NCBI GenBank assembly: GCA_965205425.1
Contig: CBDBGZ010000009.1
Span: 352,001 to 416,000, forward strand
DNA length: 64,000 nt
Origin: Nitrosopumilus sp.
GTDB lineage: Archaea; Thermoproteota; Nitrososphaeria; Nitrososphaerales; Nitrosopumilaceae
Reading direction: 5' to 3'
A model generated the notes under the pieces. That model was not told where the DNA came from, did not search any database, and saw only the letters and a program-made list of their open reading frames with translations. Position numbers and translations under genes: made by a program. Shown piece by piece: positions 50,048 to 60,955 of this stretch. The stretch's first letter is position 1, and every line of letters begins with the position of its first letter.

Positions 50048-50700
50048 AGTATACCCTCTTCAGCTTCAGGAGGAATTCCAATTTTTTCAGCATGTAATTC
50101 ACCAGTCAAATCTTTTCGTTTAGGAATTCCTTGTTTCATTTTGTGAAATGTTACCGTCATGTTACATTTTGTGTAAATATTTGCAGTTTCACCAGTTTGT
50201 GGATTTAATCCAGATGGAATGTCTACTGCAAACTTGTAACAATCAGTTTCATTGATGTAATTTATTGCAGATGCATAGGGTTCTCTAATCTCTCCAGTGA
50301 TTCCAGTACCCAAAATTCCATCAATTATAACATCAGGTTTAAAATCAAATTCTAAGGAACTACCGGACAATAATTTTACAGAAGGCATTTTTTCTAAAAT
50401 TGACCAATTCCAATTACTTTCCTCAGTCTTTATTTTATCAGAACTGCCAAGAAGCATTACTGTTACCTTAGCAGCATATCCTGCTAGATGTCTTGCCATT
50501 ACCAAACCATCACCACCATTATTGCCTAATCCTACAAAAATCAGAATATTTTTTGATTCTACATTATCAATTTTTTCAAGTAATCTCCTAACTGCTGCAG
50601 CCCCTGCATTTTCCATCATGAATTTTTTCAAAAATCCCATATCATGGCCTTTGTTTTCAATATTGTACATTTGATCTACAGTAATTTCCATATCTTTCAT
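50044..50700 (-). CDS. nnrE: NAD(P)H-hydrate epimerase
   Basis: MMENAG, GNNGGDG, IDGILGTG, AVDIPSG. Confidence 0.9.
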   Translation of the reverse strand: MKDMEITVDQMYNIENKGHDMGFLKKFMMENAGAAAVRRLLEKIDNVESKNILIFVGLGNNGGDGLVMARHLAGYAAKVTVMLLGSSDKIKTEESNWNWSILEKMPSVKLLSGSSLEFDFKPDVIIDGILGTGITGEIREPYASAINYINETDCYKFAVDIPSGLNPQTGETANIYTKCNMTVTFHKMKQGIPKRKDLTGELHAEKIGIPPEAEEGIL

Positions 50701-50769
50701 GAAATAATATCCAAAATAAGAGCTTTGAATTCTTTATGAGTCTAAAAGAAAAGAATTATGTGATTATAT

Positions 50770-50856
50770 TCAACCAAAATAATGATTCATTCCAACAATC
50801 ACAATAGCCATCCCCAATGCAGCATATCCTAGATTTACAATATTTTGAGGTTCCAT
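50770..50856 (-). CDS. Single-TM microprotein (28 aa)
   Basis: MEPQNIVNLGYAALGMAIVIVGMNHYFG* in otherwise empty intergenic space. Confidence 0.45.
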   Translation of the reverse strand: MEPQNIVNLGYAALGMAIVIVGMNHYFG

Positions 50857-50955
50857 CACAGCACAGTAGTTAATCAAGTACTTTAGCTAGATATTTTGAG
50901 TTATTCCTAAGAGTTTAGCAAACGGCTTTATCCTAGCTTCAAAACATGTCTAACC

Positions 50956-51570
50956 ATGACATTAAAGAATGTAAAACCATCATTAAATAAAATTGCAAAA
51001 GATTTAGGGGAAACTCAAGATTCCAGAGAATTTCTTTTAAAGAATACCAGAGAAATAATTATTCTCTGTAGTAAATCAATTATCGCAGTTCATAGAGGAG
51101 ATTTAACAACTGGTAAAAATAATCTGAAACAAGCAGAGACATTATTAAAAAAATACAAGAAAAAAGCAACAGGAGGATTGAGAAGATATCTCATTACACC
51201 AGAACAGGAATTTGTAGAAGCTGCATGTTTGATTGCAATTGTTGAGCAAAAAGAAATACCTTCAGATAAAAAATTAGCAGTGATGCCAGAATCATATGTC
51301 TTAGGATTACTTGATTGTATTGGTGAATTGAAAAGACAAGTATTTGACAAAATTAGGATGGATAAAATTGATGAGGCAACAAGAATGTTTGAAATTATGG
51401 AAAACTTGTATCTCCAACTCTACACTTTTTCAATGTATGATAAAGTAGTCAAAGAAGCGAGAAGAAAAATTGATGTCAATAGGATCCTAGTAGATGATGT
51501 CAGATCGGTAATTACAGAAGAAAAAAGGCGAACTGAATTAATCAAAATTTTACGAAAATTAGAGAAATAG
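50956..51570 (+). CDS. Translin-family RNA-binding protein
   Basis: RE...K.TRE, QEFVEA, YVLGLLD.IGELKR. Confidence 0.85.
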   Translation: MTLKNVKPSLNKIAKDLGETQDSREFLLKNTREIIILCSKSIIAVHRGDLTTGKNNLKQAETLLKKYKKKATGGLRRYLITPEQEFVEAACLIAIVEQKEIPSDKKLAVMPESYVLGLLDCIGELKRQVFDKIRMDKIDEATRMFEIMENLYLQLYTFSMYDKVVKEARRKIDVNRILVDDVRSVITEEKRRTELIKILRKLEK

Positions 51571-51581
51571 AATAGAATTAG

Positions 51582-51669
51582 TGGTGCGGACGATGGGATT
51601 TGAACCCACGAACTCCTGAAAGACTAGCCCCTCAAGCTAGCGCCTTTGGCCAGGCTGGGCGACGTCCGC
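51582..51669 (-). tRNA. tRNA-Leu(GAG), CCA encoded
   Basis: GCGGACG acceptor, CTAGC-TTGAGGG-GCTAG anticodon arm, long variable arm, A73-CCA. Confidence 0.95.
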
Positions 51670-51719
51670 AAAGGAATTTTCTTGCATGGTTTTTATAATC
51701 CTTGGTTACTTTTTCGTTC

Positions 51720-51956
51720 GTGTTAATTCCTGTTAGATGTTTAACTTGTGGAAAATTAATTGCAGATAAATTTGATGATTATCAAAATAAAATTAAAGCA
51801 GGAGAAGATCCTACAAAAACTCTTGATTCGTTAGGAGTTGAGAGATATTGTTGCAGAAGAATGCTTTTGACTACTGTTGAAACAATACAACAAGTAATCC
51901 CATTTTACGAAGCAATTCAGAGAAGAAAACAAGAAGTTCAATCTGAGTTAGAATAA
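51720..51956 (+). CDS. rpoN: DNA-directed RNA polymerase subunit N
   Basis: IPVRCLTCG...RYCCRRM. Confidence 0.95.
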   Translation: MLIPVRCLTCGKLIADKFDDYQNKIKAGEDPTKTLDSLGVERYCCRRMLLTTVETIQQVIPFYEAIQRRKQEVQSELE

Positions 51957-51957
51957 C

Positions 51958-53196
51958 TTGGCTAAGATTTCCTCAATTGAAGGACGTATTATATACAATA
52001 GTAGAGGAAGTAAAACTATCGAAGTAGATGTTCAATCTGAGAATAAATTTTTAGGAAGAGTTTGTGCGCCATCAGGTGCAAGTGTAGGAAAATACGAAGC
52101 AGTAAGTTTTCCAAATGAAAAACCTGAAGAAAGTCTTAGAATTTTAAAAGAAAATTCTCAAAAATTTATCGGTTTAGAGTCATCAGATTTGGAAGGTATT
52201 CATGGAGTTCTAAAAGAATTGGATGGCACTACAAATTATTCAGTAATTGGTGGAGCATTAGCTTTTGCAGTTACAATTGCATCTATGGAATCATCATCAA
52301 AAGCAGATGATGAACCATTGTTTAAAACACTCTCATCCGAAAACTCTTTCAAAGTTCCATTTCCATTAGGTAATATTTTAGGAGGAGGAGCACATGCAGG
52401 GCCTGGAACTCCAGACATTCAAGAAATATTGATTTGCGCTATAGGCTCAAAAACTATTGAAGATGCAATTGCAACTAATTTATCAGTCCATAAGGAATTA
52501 CGTCGTGTTTTAGAAAAAGAAGATCCAAATTTTACAAACGGTAGAGGAGATGAAGGTGGATGGGCACCTAAACTAGAAAATCAAAAAGCATTAGAGATAT
52601 CTGCAAAGGCATGTGAGAATCTTGGATTTACTTTAGGAAAAGAAGTATCTTTGGGAGTAGATTTTGCATCTTCAACACAATGGAATGAAGAAAAAGAAAA
52701 ATATGTTTATGATAGAGCAGGATTTGAAAATTCAACTGGTGAGCAAATTGATTTTGCTACAGATATTATTGAGAAATTTAAATTGATTTATGCAGAAGAT
52801 GCTGTTCATGAAGAAGCATTTGAAGATATGTCAAAATTGACAAAAAAATTCCCTAATACTTTGGTTACAGGGGATGATTTGACTGTGACTAACAAAAATA
52901 TCTTGAAAAAAGCAATTGATGTAAAATCATGTAATGCTGCAATTTTAAAAGTCAATCAAGCAGGTAGTCTTTTTGATGCTTTAGAATTTGCAGATGAAGC
53001 ATCTCAAAATAATATCAAATTAATCACATCACATAGATCTGGAGAATCTACAGATTCACAAATATCTCACATTGGTCTTGCAACAAAGTCAAAAATGCTC
53101 AAAGTTGGCATAGTTGGAGGAGAAAGAGTGGCAAAACTGAATGAATTATTACGACTAGCAGAGCATGATTTAATACGCGGTATGGCAGAGATTTAA
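51958..53196 (+). CDS. eno: Enolase
   Basis: NSRG, PSGAS, GDEGG, GDDL, LKVNQAG, SHRSGE. Confidence 0.93.
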   Translation: MAKISSIEGRIIYNSRGSKTIEVDVQSENKFLGRVCAPSGASVGKYEAVSFPNEKPEESLRILKENSQKFIGLESSDLEGIHGVLKELDGTTNYSVIGGALAFAVTIASMESSSKADDEPLFKTLSSENSFKVPFPLGNILGGGAHAGPGTPDIQEILICAIGSKTIEDAIATNLSVHKELRRVLEKEDPNFTNGRGDEGGWAPKLENQKALEISAKACENLGFTLGKEVSLGVDFASSTQWNEEKEKYVYDRAGFENSTGEQIDFATDIIEKFKLIYAEDAVHEEAFEDMSKLTKKFPNTLVTGDDLTVTNKNILKKAIDVKSCNAAILKVNQAGSLFDALEFADEASQNNIKLITSHRSGESTDSQISHIGLATKSKMLKVGIVGGERVAKLNELLRLAEHDLIRGMAEI

Positions 53197-53203
53197 AATC
53201 GTC

Positions 53204-53827
53204 ATGAGTCAACAAACTGAAGCAACTGACATCAAAAAGAAGGTTCTAGCTACTGGAATCAGGGTAGGAACACAAGTCAAGACAAAATTCATGAAACCAT
53301 TCATCACTAAAGCTAGTCCTGAAGGACTTTACATGCTTGATTTAGATATTACATTGGAGAAAATTCAAACAGCAGCCAAATTCATCAACAGATTAGGTAC
53401 TGAGAATTTGATTGTATGCTCAGGTAGACAATATGCAGAAACACCAATAGAAAAATTCTGTGAAGGTTTAGGCTCAAAGAAATTACTTGGTAGATTTATG
53501 CCAGGAACTTTAACAAATCCTTCATTACCATATTACATTGAACCAAAATTAGTTTTAATTTCAGACCCTCAAGTAGATGAACAAGCAATTATTGAAGCAA
53601 CAAATGCAGGTATTCCAATTATTGGAATTGCAAACACAGACAACATCACATCTAATTTGGATGTAATTATTCCAGCAAACAATAGAGGAAGAAAAGCCTT
53701 AGCAACAGTTTACTGGTTATTGGTACGTCAAATCTTAATTGAGAGAGGAGAATTAAAAGAAGATGAACCAATGAAAGAAGAAATCGATGATTTTGAAACA
53801 AAGATTACCGAAGAAGAAATTGAATAA
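53204..53827 (+). CDS. rps2: 30S ribosomal protein S2
   Basis: GRFMPGTLTN, D.QAI.EA, IPANNRG. Confidence 0.95.
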   Translation: MSQQTEATDIKKKVLATGIRVGTQVKTKFMKPFITKASPEGLYMLDLDITLEKIQTAAKFINRLGTENLIVCSGRQYAETPIEKFCEGLGSKKLLGRFMPGTLTNPSLPYYIEPKLVLISDPQVDEQAIIEATNAGIPIIGIANTDNITSNLDVIIPANNRGRKALATVYWLLVRQILIERGELKEDEPMKEEIDDFETKITEEEIE

Positions 53828-53850
53828 ATTTTCAAAATTTTAGTATTCTA

Positions 53851-54792
53851 TTGAAATCCAAAGCTTCAGCACCAGGAAAAGTAATTCTTTTTGGAGAACA
53901 TTTTGTAGTATATGGTGTCAAAGCAATTCTGTGTGCAATTAACAAAAGGGTTACAGTAACTGCAGAAAAAATTGATGGGAATAAAATTTCTATTAAATCA
54001 AACATTGGAGATTTGGTATTAGAACCTAACAAAGCAATTTCAGAAATTAATTCCCCCCTAAAACCATTTTATTTTTTAGCAAATAAAATGATAAAAAATC
54101 AAAATACAGGAATTGGAATTGTTGTAGAATCAGACATTCCATTAGGGGTGGGTTTAGGATCATCATCAGCATGTTGTGTAGCAGGTGCTGCAGCAATCTC
54201 AGGATTATTTGAAAAAACATCTAAAGAAAAAATTCTTGAATTTGCAATTGAAGCTGAAAAAACAATATTTGAAAATACATCCGGAGCTGATTGCACGGTC
54301 TGCACATATGGAGGAATAATGGAATATGACAAAGAAAATGGATTTAATAAAATAGAATCTGAGCCTAATTTTCATCTAGTTATTGCCAATTCAAATGTTG
54401 AACATTCTACAGAATCTGTAGTTGCAGGAGTTAAACAGTTTAAAGAAAAGGATGTGAATAAGTTTTCCACCTTATGCAATAAAGAATCAAAATTAGTAGA
54501 AGATGTTTTGGAATTATTAAAAGAAAACAATGTGAAAGAATTAGGAAACAAAGTGACTGAAAATCAGGAATATTTAGAAGTAATAGGAATATCAAATGAA
54601 AAATTAAGAGATATGATCAAAATAGGTCAAAACAAATCATTTGGTGCAAAAATTACCGGTGCAGGTGGAGGCGGATGCATCTTTGCACTTACAGATGAAT
54701 CAAATCTTGATCAGACCATAAATCAATTCAAAAATGAAGATTATGATTGTTTTTCAGTTAAAATTGATTTTCAAGGACTGGATACTTTTTAA
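53851..54792 (+). CDS. mvk: Mevalonate kinase
   Basis: PGKVILFGEH, GLGSSSA, SGAD, KITGAGGGG. Confidence 0.93.
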   Translation: MKSKASAPGKVILFGEHFVVYGVKAILCAINKRVTVTAEKIDGNKISIKSNIGDLVLEPNKAISEINSPLKPFYFLANKMIKNQNTGIGIVVESDIPLGVGLGSSSACCVAGAAAISGLFEKTSKEKILEFAIEAEKTIFENTSGADCTVCTYGGIMEYDKENGFNKIESEPNFHLVIANSNVEHSTESVVAGVKQFKEKDVNKFSTLCNKESKLVEDVLELLKENNVKELGNKVTENQEYLEVIGISNEKLRDMIKIGQNKSFGAKITGAGGGGCIFALTDESNLDQTINQFKNEDYDCFSVKIDFQGLDTF

Positions 54793-54815
54793 TTGATCAG
54801 ATAAATCTGAGAAAT

Positions 54816-55559
54816 ATGATTCTGATAAAACTAGGCGGTTCAATAATCACAAATAAGGAAAAACCATTATCAGCTAGGAAAAAAACAATAGAGAATATTT
54901 CTAAAAGTTTGAAAAAAATTAAAGAGCCAATCATAATTGTTCATGGGGGAGGTTCTTATGGACATTATTGGTCCGTAAAATATGACATGCATACTAAAGA
55001 AAAAAAATATAATCCCAGAGGAGTTGCAATTGTTAAAAATTCAATGATTGAATTGAATAAAAAAATATTAGATTCGTTATTAAAAAATAAATTAAATCCA
55101 TATTGTCTTCCACCAACTGATTTTATGTCAGGGAATAAACCAATTATAAAAAAAGTGAAAGAAATTGAGAAAATTGCAAAATCAGGCTTAATTCCAGTCA
55201 CATATGGAGATGCATTATGGTATGGTCAAAATAAAACATACATTTTATCTGGAGATAAAATAATGACTCATCTAGCAAAAATTCTAAAACCTAGACTTGT
55301 TATTTTTGCATTAAATGAAGATGGTTTGTATTCCGATTTAAAAACAAAAAAATTGATTAGTGAACTACATGGAGAACGTCCATCAATTTCTGAAAACAAA
55401 ATGGATGTCACTGGTGGAATGACAAGAAAAGTTGAAGAGGCATCAAAAATTGCCAAGATGGGAATGAATGTGTTCTTTGCAAATGGCAATAAACCAGAAA
55501 GGATTGTGAAAGCGGTTAAAAATAGGACATTTGAAGGAACATTGTTTAGAGGTAAATGA
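54816..55559 (+). CDS. ipk: Isopentenyl phosphate kinase
   Basis: KLGGSIIT, HGGGSYGH, SGD, DVTGGM; in the mevalonate operon. Confidence 0.88.
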   Translation: MILIKLGGSIITNKEKPLSARKKTIENISKSLKKIKEPIIIVHGGGSYGHYWSVKYDMHTKEKKYNPRGVAIVKNSMIELNKKILDSLLKNKLNPYCLPPTDFMSGNKPIIKKVKEIEKIAKSGLIPVTYGDALWYGQNKTYILSGDKIMTHLAKILKPRLVIFALNEDGLYSDLKTKKLISELHGERPSISENKMDVTGGMTRKVEEASKIAKMGMNVFFANGNKPERIVKAVKNRTFEGTLFRGK

Positions 55560-55560
55560 A

Positions 55561-56211
55561 ATGTCTGAAGAATTTGTTATACTAGTTGATGAAAATGACA
55601 ATCCAATTGGCACTGAAGAAAAAGTAAAATGCCATTTACCAAACGGAAAATTACACAGAGCATTTACAGCATTATTATTTGATAATGAAGGAAGATTAGT
55701 TCTTACAAGAAGATCTAAAGAAAAAATGTTATGGCCAAATGATTGGGATGGAACATTTGCTAGTCATCCAAGAGAATCAGAATCGTATGTTTCATCAGGA
55801 GAAAGGAGAATGCCAGAAGAATTGGGAATAGATGGCACACTAGATTATCTACATAAATTTGAATATCATGTTCCATACAAAGATGTGGGTTCTGAAAATG
55901 AAATTTGTGGAACATTGATTGGTGTTATTGATAAATCTACAGAACTAAAAGAAATTGAGGGTGAAATTGATGAGATCAAATACATTTCATCAAAAGAATT
56001 AGTTTTAGAATTAAAGACTAATCCAAAAATTTATTGTCCATGGATGCTTATTGCTCTTAAATTATTAGATAAATCTGAGAAATCTATGCTTGAAAAACAT
56101 GAAAATGTCTTATCTACATGGATGAATAGTGAAATTCAGGATGAATTACAAAAAGCAATTAAAATTCATCTATCAAATGATAAATGGAGACTAGTAAATG
56201 AAAAAAACTAA
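55561..56211 (+). CDS. idi: Isopentenyl-diphosphate delta-isomerase, type 1 (Nudix)
   Basis: LHRAF, SHP, EELG, ENEIC, PW. Confidence 0.88.
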   Translation: MSEEFVILVDENDNPIGTEEKVKCHLPNGKLHRAFTALLFDNEGRLVLTRRSKEKMLWPNDWDGTFASHPRESESYVSSGERRMPEELGIDGTLDYLHKFEYHVPYKDVGSENEICGTLIGVIDKSTELKEIEGEIDEIKYISSKELVLELKTNPKIYCPWMLIALKLLDKSEKSMLEKHENVLSTWMNSEIQDELQKAIKIHLSNDKWRLVNEKN

Positions 56212-57178
56212 ACAAATTGAACAGAATGCAAAAATAGTAAACAAATATCTTAATTCAAAATTAAAAGGAAATCCAAAAAAACTCTATGATGCAGCAGGGC
56301 ATCTTATTGTAAATGGTGGAAAAAGACTTAGACCGTACATGGTAATTAGAAGTTGTCAAATTTTAAAAGGAAAAGTTTCCAATGCAATGCCGGCTGCAAG
56401 TGCAGTAGAGATGGTACATAATTTCTCATTAGTTCATGATGATATTATGGATAATGATGAAATGCGTCACGGCGTTCCCACAGTTCATAAAAAATTTGGT
56501 ATGCCAATTGCAATTCTTGCAGGGGATGTATTATTTTCAAAAGCATTTCAAGTGATTACAGATTCAAAATTATCAGCTAGTGCAACTACACAACTTGTTT
56601 CCAGACTTTCAAAAGCTTGTATTGATATCTGTGAAGGACAGTTATTGGATGTCAAAATGGCTGAAGAGAGAAAAATTCCTTCACAAGCAGAGTACATTAC
56701 AATGATTGGTAAAAAAACTGCGGCATTATTTGATGTATCTTGTGCAATGGGAGCAATTTGTGCAACAAATAAACCAAAAGATATTTCAAATCTCTCATCA
56801 TTTGGAAGGAATTTAGGAATTGCATTTCAAATTACAGATGATCTTATTGGGGTTATGGGGGATCCTAAAATTACAAAGAAACCAGTGGGGAATGATCTAA
56901 GAGAAGGTAAAAAATCACTCCCTATTCTAATGGCAATAAAATTAGCAAAAGGAAATGATAAAAAAATAATTTTAAAAGCATTTGGAAATTCCAAAGTATC
57001 AAGGAATGATCTCAATAAAGCTGTGAGTACAATTCGTACTCTAGGAATTGAAGAAAATGTCAGAAAACAGGCTCTAAAATATGCTGAAAAAGCTGAAAAA
57101 TCACTATCAAAATACTCAGGTCCAGCAAAAACAGAATTAATTTCATTGTTGGATTTTGTGGTTAAACGAAGTGTATAG
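56198..57178 (+). CDS. Polyprenyl (geranylgeranyl) diphosphate synthase
   Basis: GGKRLRP, HDDIMD, KTAALF, FQITDDLI. Confidence 0.92.
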   Translation: MKKTKQIEQNAKIVNKYLNSKLKGNPKKLYDAAGHLIVNGGKRLRPYMVIRSCQILKGKVSNAMPAASAVEMVHNFSLVHDDIMDNDEMRHGVPTVHKKFGMPIAILAGDVLFSKAFQVITDSKLSASATTQLVSRLSKACIDICEGQLLDVKMAEERKIPSQAEYITMIGKKTAALFDVSCAMGAICATNKPKDISNLSSFGRNLGIAFQITDDLIGVMGDPKITKKPVGNDLREGKKSLPILMAIKLAKGNDKKIILKAFGNSKVSRNDLNKAVSTIRTLGIEENVRKQALKYAEKAEKSLSKYSGPAKTELISLLDFVVKRSV

Positions 57179-57198
57179 TTGCAAGAGGACGAATTAGT

Positions 57199-58908
57199 AT
57201 GGATGACGAATTAAGAAAAGAATTAAGAAAAATGACTCTTCAAAATGCTTTTGAGCATGGTGGAGAAACTAGAGATAAAATAATTTTAGGAAAAGTTCTT
57301 GGAACAAAACCCGAATTTCGTAGTAAAGTAAAAGAAATATCTGAAGATATTTCTGAAATTGTTGCAACAGTTAATCAGTTATCAATAGAAGAACAAGAAA
57401 AAGAAATTAAAGAAAATTTTCCAGAAATTTTAGCTCCTAAAGAAAAAATTGTAGAAAGAGAAGGTCTTCCAGAATTAAGAGATGCAGAACAAGGTAAAGT
57501 CATAACTAGATTTCCTCCAGAACCAAATGGATATCCACACATTGGTCACGCAAAAGCTGCAATCATTAATTCTGAATATGCAAAAATGTATGGGGGGAAA
57601 TTTATTTTACGAATGGATGATACAAATCCAGAAGCAGAAAGAATGGAATATCATGCAGCCATTAAAGTCGGATTAGAATGGTTAGGAATTGAATTTGATA
57701 CTGTAAAGAGTACATCAGATGATATGGAATTGTTTTATGAGAAAGGAAACGAATTGATTGATTCAGGTAAGGCTTACGTTTGTACTTGCAAGAGAGAAGA
57801 CATTAGTAAAAACCGAAGAGAAAGAAAAGATTGTAAGTGTAGTAAAAGGGACATTGAGAAAAATAATAAGAATTGGGAAAAGATGAATGAGAAATTTAAA
57901 CCGGGAGATGCCATTGTTAGATTTCGTGGAGATATGAAAGCAGATAATGCAGTAATGCGAGACCCAGTATTATTCAGAATTATTGAAGGAAAACACTACA
58001 CATTAGGCGAAAAATATAGAATTTGGCCTAGTTATGACATGGCCGTAGCTATAGAAGATAGTATTGATGGAGTCACTCATGCATTTCGTTCTAAAGAATT
58101 TGAACTTAGAAAAGAGCTAATTGATGCAATTTTAAACGCATTAAACATGAGAAAACCTAGCCAAGGGTTTTTCTCCAGATTAGAATTCAAAGGCATGCCT
58201 ATTTCAAAGAGAATTATCAAACCGTTAATCGAAGAAGGCAAGGTTTCATGGTATGATGATCCAAGACTCCCAACTTTAGAGGCATTAAGACGAAGAGGGA
58301 TCAAACCTGAAGCCATTAGAAAATTTATCATGTCTCTAGGGTTAACAAAAGCAAATACTTTAGCACCATTTGATGCACTTGAAGCATTTAACAGGAAATT
58401 TGTAGATGCAGATAGTATTAGGTTATTCATGGTAAGTAATGCAAAAAAACTGACTGTACGAAACTTGTCAATATCATCAGTTGAAATTCCAAATCATCCA
58501 ATAAATGATATGGGAAAAAGAAAGATTGAGATTAATGAGAATTTCTACATTTCAGGAGACGATGCACAAAATATCAAAGAAGGTACACAGATTCGTCTTT
58601 TAGGATTAGGGAATGTATCTATTACTAAATCAGGAATAGAATTAGAAGGAGAATTTATTGAAAATGGTGAAACAGCAAACATAACAAAAATTCAGTGGGT
58701 TCCTCAAAAGACAGCACATGAAATCAAGATGGTCATTCCAAAAACATTGTTCAATGGAGATGAATTTAATGAGGATAGTTTAGAAGAATTAGATGTGTAT
58801 ACAGAACCACATTACCTACAGTTAAAAGAAGGAGAAGAAATTCAATTTGTTAGATTTGGATATTGTAGAAAAGATTCACAAAATCAAGCAATTTTTACAC
58901 ACAAGTGA
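57199..58908 (+). CDS. gltX: Glutamyl-tRNA synthetase
   Basis: RFPPEPNGYPHIGH, DDTNP, DDPRLPT, QFVRFGY. Confidence 0.95.
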   Translation: MDDELRKELRKMTLQNAFEHGGETRDKIILGKVLGTKPEFRSKVKEISEDISEIVATVNQLSIEEQEKEIKENFPEILAPKEKIVEREGLPELRDAEQGKVITRFPPEPNGYPHIGHAKAAIINSEYAKMYGGKFILRMDDTNPEAERMEYHAAIKVGLEWLGIEFDTVKSTSDDMELFYEKGNELIDSGKAYVCTCKREDISKNRRERKDCKCSKRDIEKNNKNWEKMNEKFKPGDAIVRFRGDMKADNAVMRDPVLFRIIEGKHYTLGEKYRIWPSYDMAVAIEDSIDGVTHAFRSKEFELRKELIDAILNALNMRKPSQGFFSRLEFKGMPISKRIIKPLIEEGKVSWYDDPRLPTLEALRRRGIKPEAIRKFIMSLGLTKANTLAPFDALEAFNRKFVDADSIRLFMVSNAKKLTVRNLSISSVEIPNHPINDMGKRKIEINENFYISGDDAQNIKEGTQIRLLGLGNVSITKSGIELEGEFIENGETANITKIQWVPQKTAHEIKMVIPKTLFNGDEFNEDSLEELDVYTEPHYLQLKEGEEIQFVRFGYCRKDSQNQAIFTHK

Positions 58909-58914
58909 TCAATT

Positions 58915-59784
58915 ATGAAAATTGCACGATTGTCATATGATAATAATGAAACATATGGTTTTGTTAAAGGAGATAAAGTATCTACGAAAGATGAAATTAC
59001 TTACTTGACTGGAGTTCCAATTCCTCAAAATGTAAAAGATTTTCTTTTTGATGGATGGTACGATGAAATAAAAAATAAAATTAATGATTTGCCTTATGAA
59101 GAAAATATTTCAAAATTCAAATTATTGCCACCAATTCCAAATCCAAACAAAATCATTTGTTTAGCATTTAACTATGTAGACCATGCTAAAGAGCAAGGAT
59201 TACATGCACCAGAAGATCCGGCCATAGTAATAAAACCACGAACTGCATTAAACAGTACAAATTCAGATATCGTATGTCCAGATTTTGTTACTCAATTAGA
59301 TTATGAAATAGAATTAGCCTTGATTATTGGAAAAAATTGTAAAAATATCAGCGTTAATGACGTTTATGATGCAATATTTGGCTACATGATTTTCAATGAT
59401 GTCTCTGCAAGAGATATTCAATTCAAGGATAAACAATTTACAAGAGGGAAAAGTTTCGATTCTTTTGCACCATGTGGACCATGGATAACAACAAAGGATG
59501 AAATCAATGATCCTCAAAATCTAAAAATGACAACCAAAATCAATGGTGAGTTAAGACAAAATTCTTCATCAAACAATATGTTTATTAAAATTCCAGAAAT
59601 TGTTTCAAAAATTTCTCAAGTAATGACATTAGAAAAAGGAGATATTATTTCTACAGGAACACCTGCAGGTGTAATGTTGAATAAACCGAATGCAGTATTT
59701 CTAAAAAATGGAGACAAAGTAGAAATGGAAATTGAAAATTTGGGAATTTTAAACAATACGATAAAAATTGTCAAAACAAATTAG
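58915..59784 (+). CDS. Fumarylacetoacetate hydrolase family protein
   Basis: NYVDH, DYEIEL, NDVSARD, GKSFD, TGTPAGV. Confidence 0.92.
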   Translation: MKIARLSYDNNETYGFVKGDKVSTKDEITYLTGVPIPQNVKDFLFDGWYDEIKNKINDLPYEENISKFKLLPPIPNPNKIICLAFNYVDHAKEQGLHAPEDPAIVIKPRTALNSTNSDIVCPDFVTQLDYEIELALIIGKNCKNISVNDVYDAIFGYMIFNDVSARDIQFKDKQFTRGKSFDSFAPCGPWITTKDEINDPQNLKMTTKINGELRQNSSSNNMFIKIPEIVSKISQVMTLEKGDIISTGTPAGVMLNKPNAVFLKNGDKVEMEIENLGILNNTIKIVKTN

Positions 59785-60566
59785 ATTAAAGATTTCATCA
59801 TTAAATGAAACGAAATTTTCCATTCCAATGAATCAAAATTAGGTAATTTTTCTCTAGTTAAAATTTGAATTCTTTCATAATTTTTTTCTATACCTAAATT
59901 TTGTAAAAATGATAGAATTTCTAAGACGGAATCATCTGAATTTGAAAATAGTGTTACAATTAGAGTTCTCTTAAAATGTTCTGAGTCTGTAAGAATTGCA
60001 GTAGAAGTTTTATCACCAATACAAGATGAGACAATGCTATTTGTCATATTAAATAATGCTAGAGTTTCATCATCAATAGGAAGCCATCTCCAAGATTTGA
60101 CATAATGAGAACATAATTGACTGTCAAGGGATTTTTCAAAAACAACATTATGTTTTAGATTAATTTTTGGAACAATAGAATAGAAATTCCAAGTTTGAAA
60201 AATTGTGTAATTTAGAGAATTAGCCATTGAAAGGGATACCGAATTTTCAGTATCAATTAACATATAAGAGGAAGATAGATTTTTTTCTTTTCCAATTATT
60301 TCAGCATGTTTGATCAGTTCTGTAGCAATATTTTGACGGCGATGATTGGGATCAATTCTGATTCCCTCAATCCATATTTGATCTTTTGAGTATAATGCAT
60401 GGCAAATTCCAATTGGATATTGTTTTTGACCTAAAAACAAATGACCTTCAGAGATCCAATAATCCCATACATGATCTACATAATCACCCCAAGAAAAAGT
60501 ATTTTTACAAAATTTTAAAATTGTAGATTTATCAGAGTCATTTGCATCTCTAATTTTCAATTCCAT
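59781..60566 (-). CDS. GNAT-family acetyltransferase
   Basis: WIEGIRIDPNHRRQNIA acetyl-CoA-binding motif. Confidence 0.8.
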   Translation of the reverse strand: MELKIRDANDSDKSTILKFCKNTFSWGDYVDHVWDYWISEGHLFLGQKQYPIGICHALYSKDQIWIEGIRIDPNHRRQNIATELIKHAEIIGKEKNLSSSYMLIDTENSVSLSMANSLNYTIFQTWNFYSIVPKINLKHNVVFEKSLDSQLCSHYVKSWRWLPIDDETLALFNMTNSIVSSCIGDKTSTAILTDSEHFKRTLIVTLFSNSDDSVLEILSFLQNLGIEKNYERIQILTREKLPNFDSLEWKISFHLMMKSLI

Positions 60567-60610
60567 GATATACAAAAAATTATTAAGAATAATTAGATAA
60601 AAAAACTTCA

Positions 60611-60919
60611 ATGGGAAAAATTATAGCTGGTAAAACATCAGATATCCCACCTGGAAAAATGATTAAAGTGTCAATTGATGGCAGAGACGTTTTAGTTGCA
60701 AATATAGACGGAGAATATTGTGCCACCGATGATTCATGTACACATTCTGGGTCTAGCCTATCTGAAGGAAAGTTAGATGGGTGTACAATTACTTGTGGAT
60801 GGCATGCTGCAGAATTTGATTGTAAAACTGGAAAACTATTAAAATTCCCCGCAAAAATTAGAGATTTAACATCATACAGTGTTGTTGTAGAATCAGATAA
60901 TGTTTTTGTAGAGATGTAA
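60611..60919 (+). CDS. Rieske [2Fe-2S] ferredoxin
   Basis: CTH...CGWH. Confidence 0.9.
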   Translation: MGKIIAGKTSDIPPGKMIKVSIDGRDVLVANIDGEYCATDDSCTHSGSSLSEGKLDGCTITCGWHAAEFDCKTGKLLKFPAKIRDLTSYSVVVESDNVFVEM

Positions 60920-60955
60920 CTATATACTTCTAATTTTTAAGAAAAGGTGTAAAAT

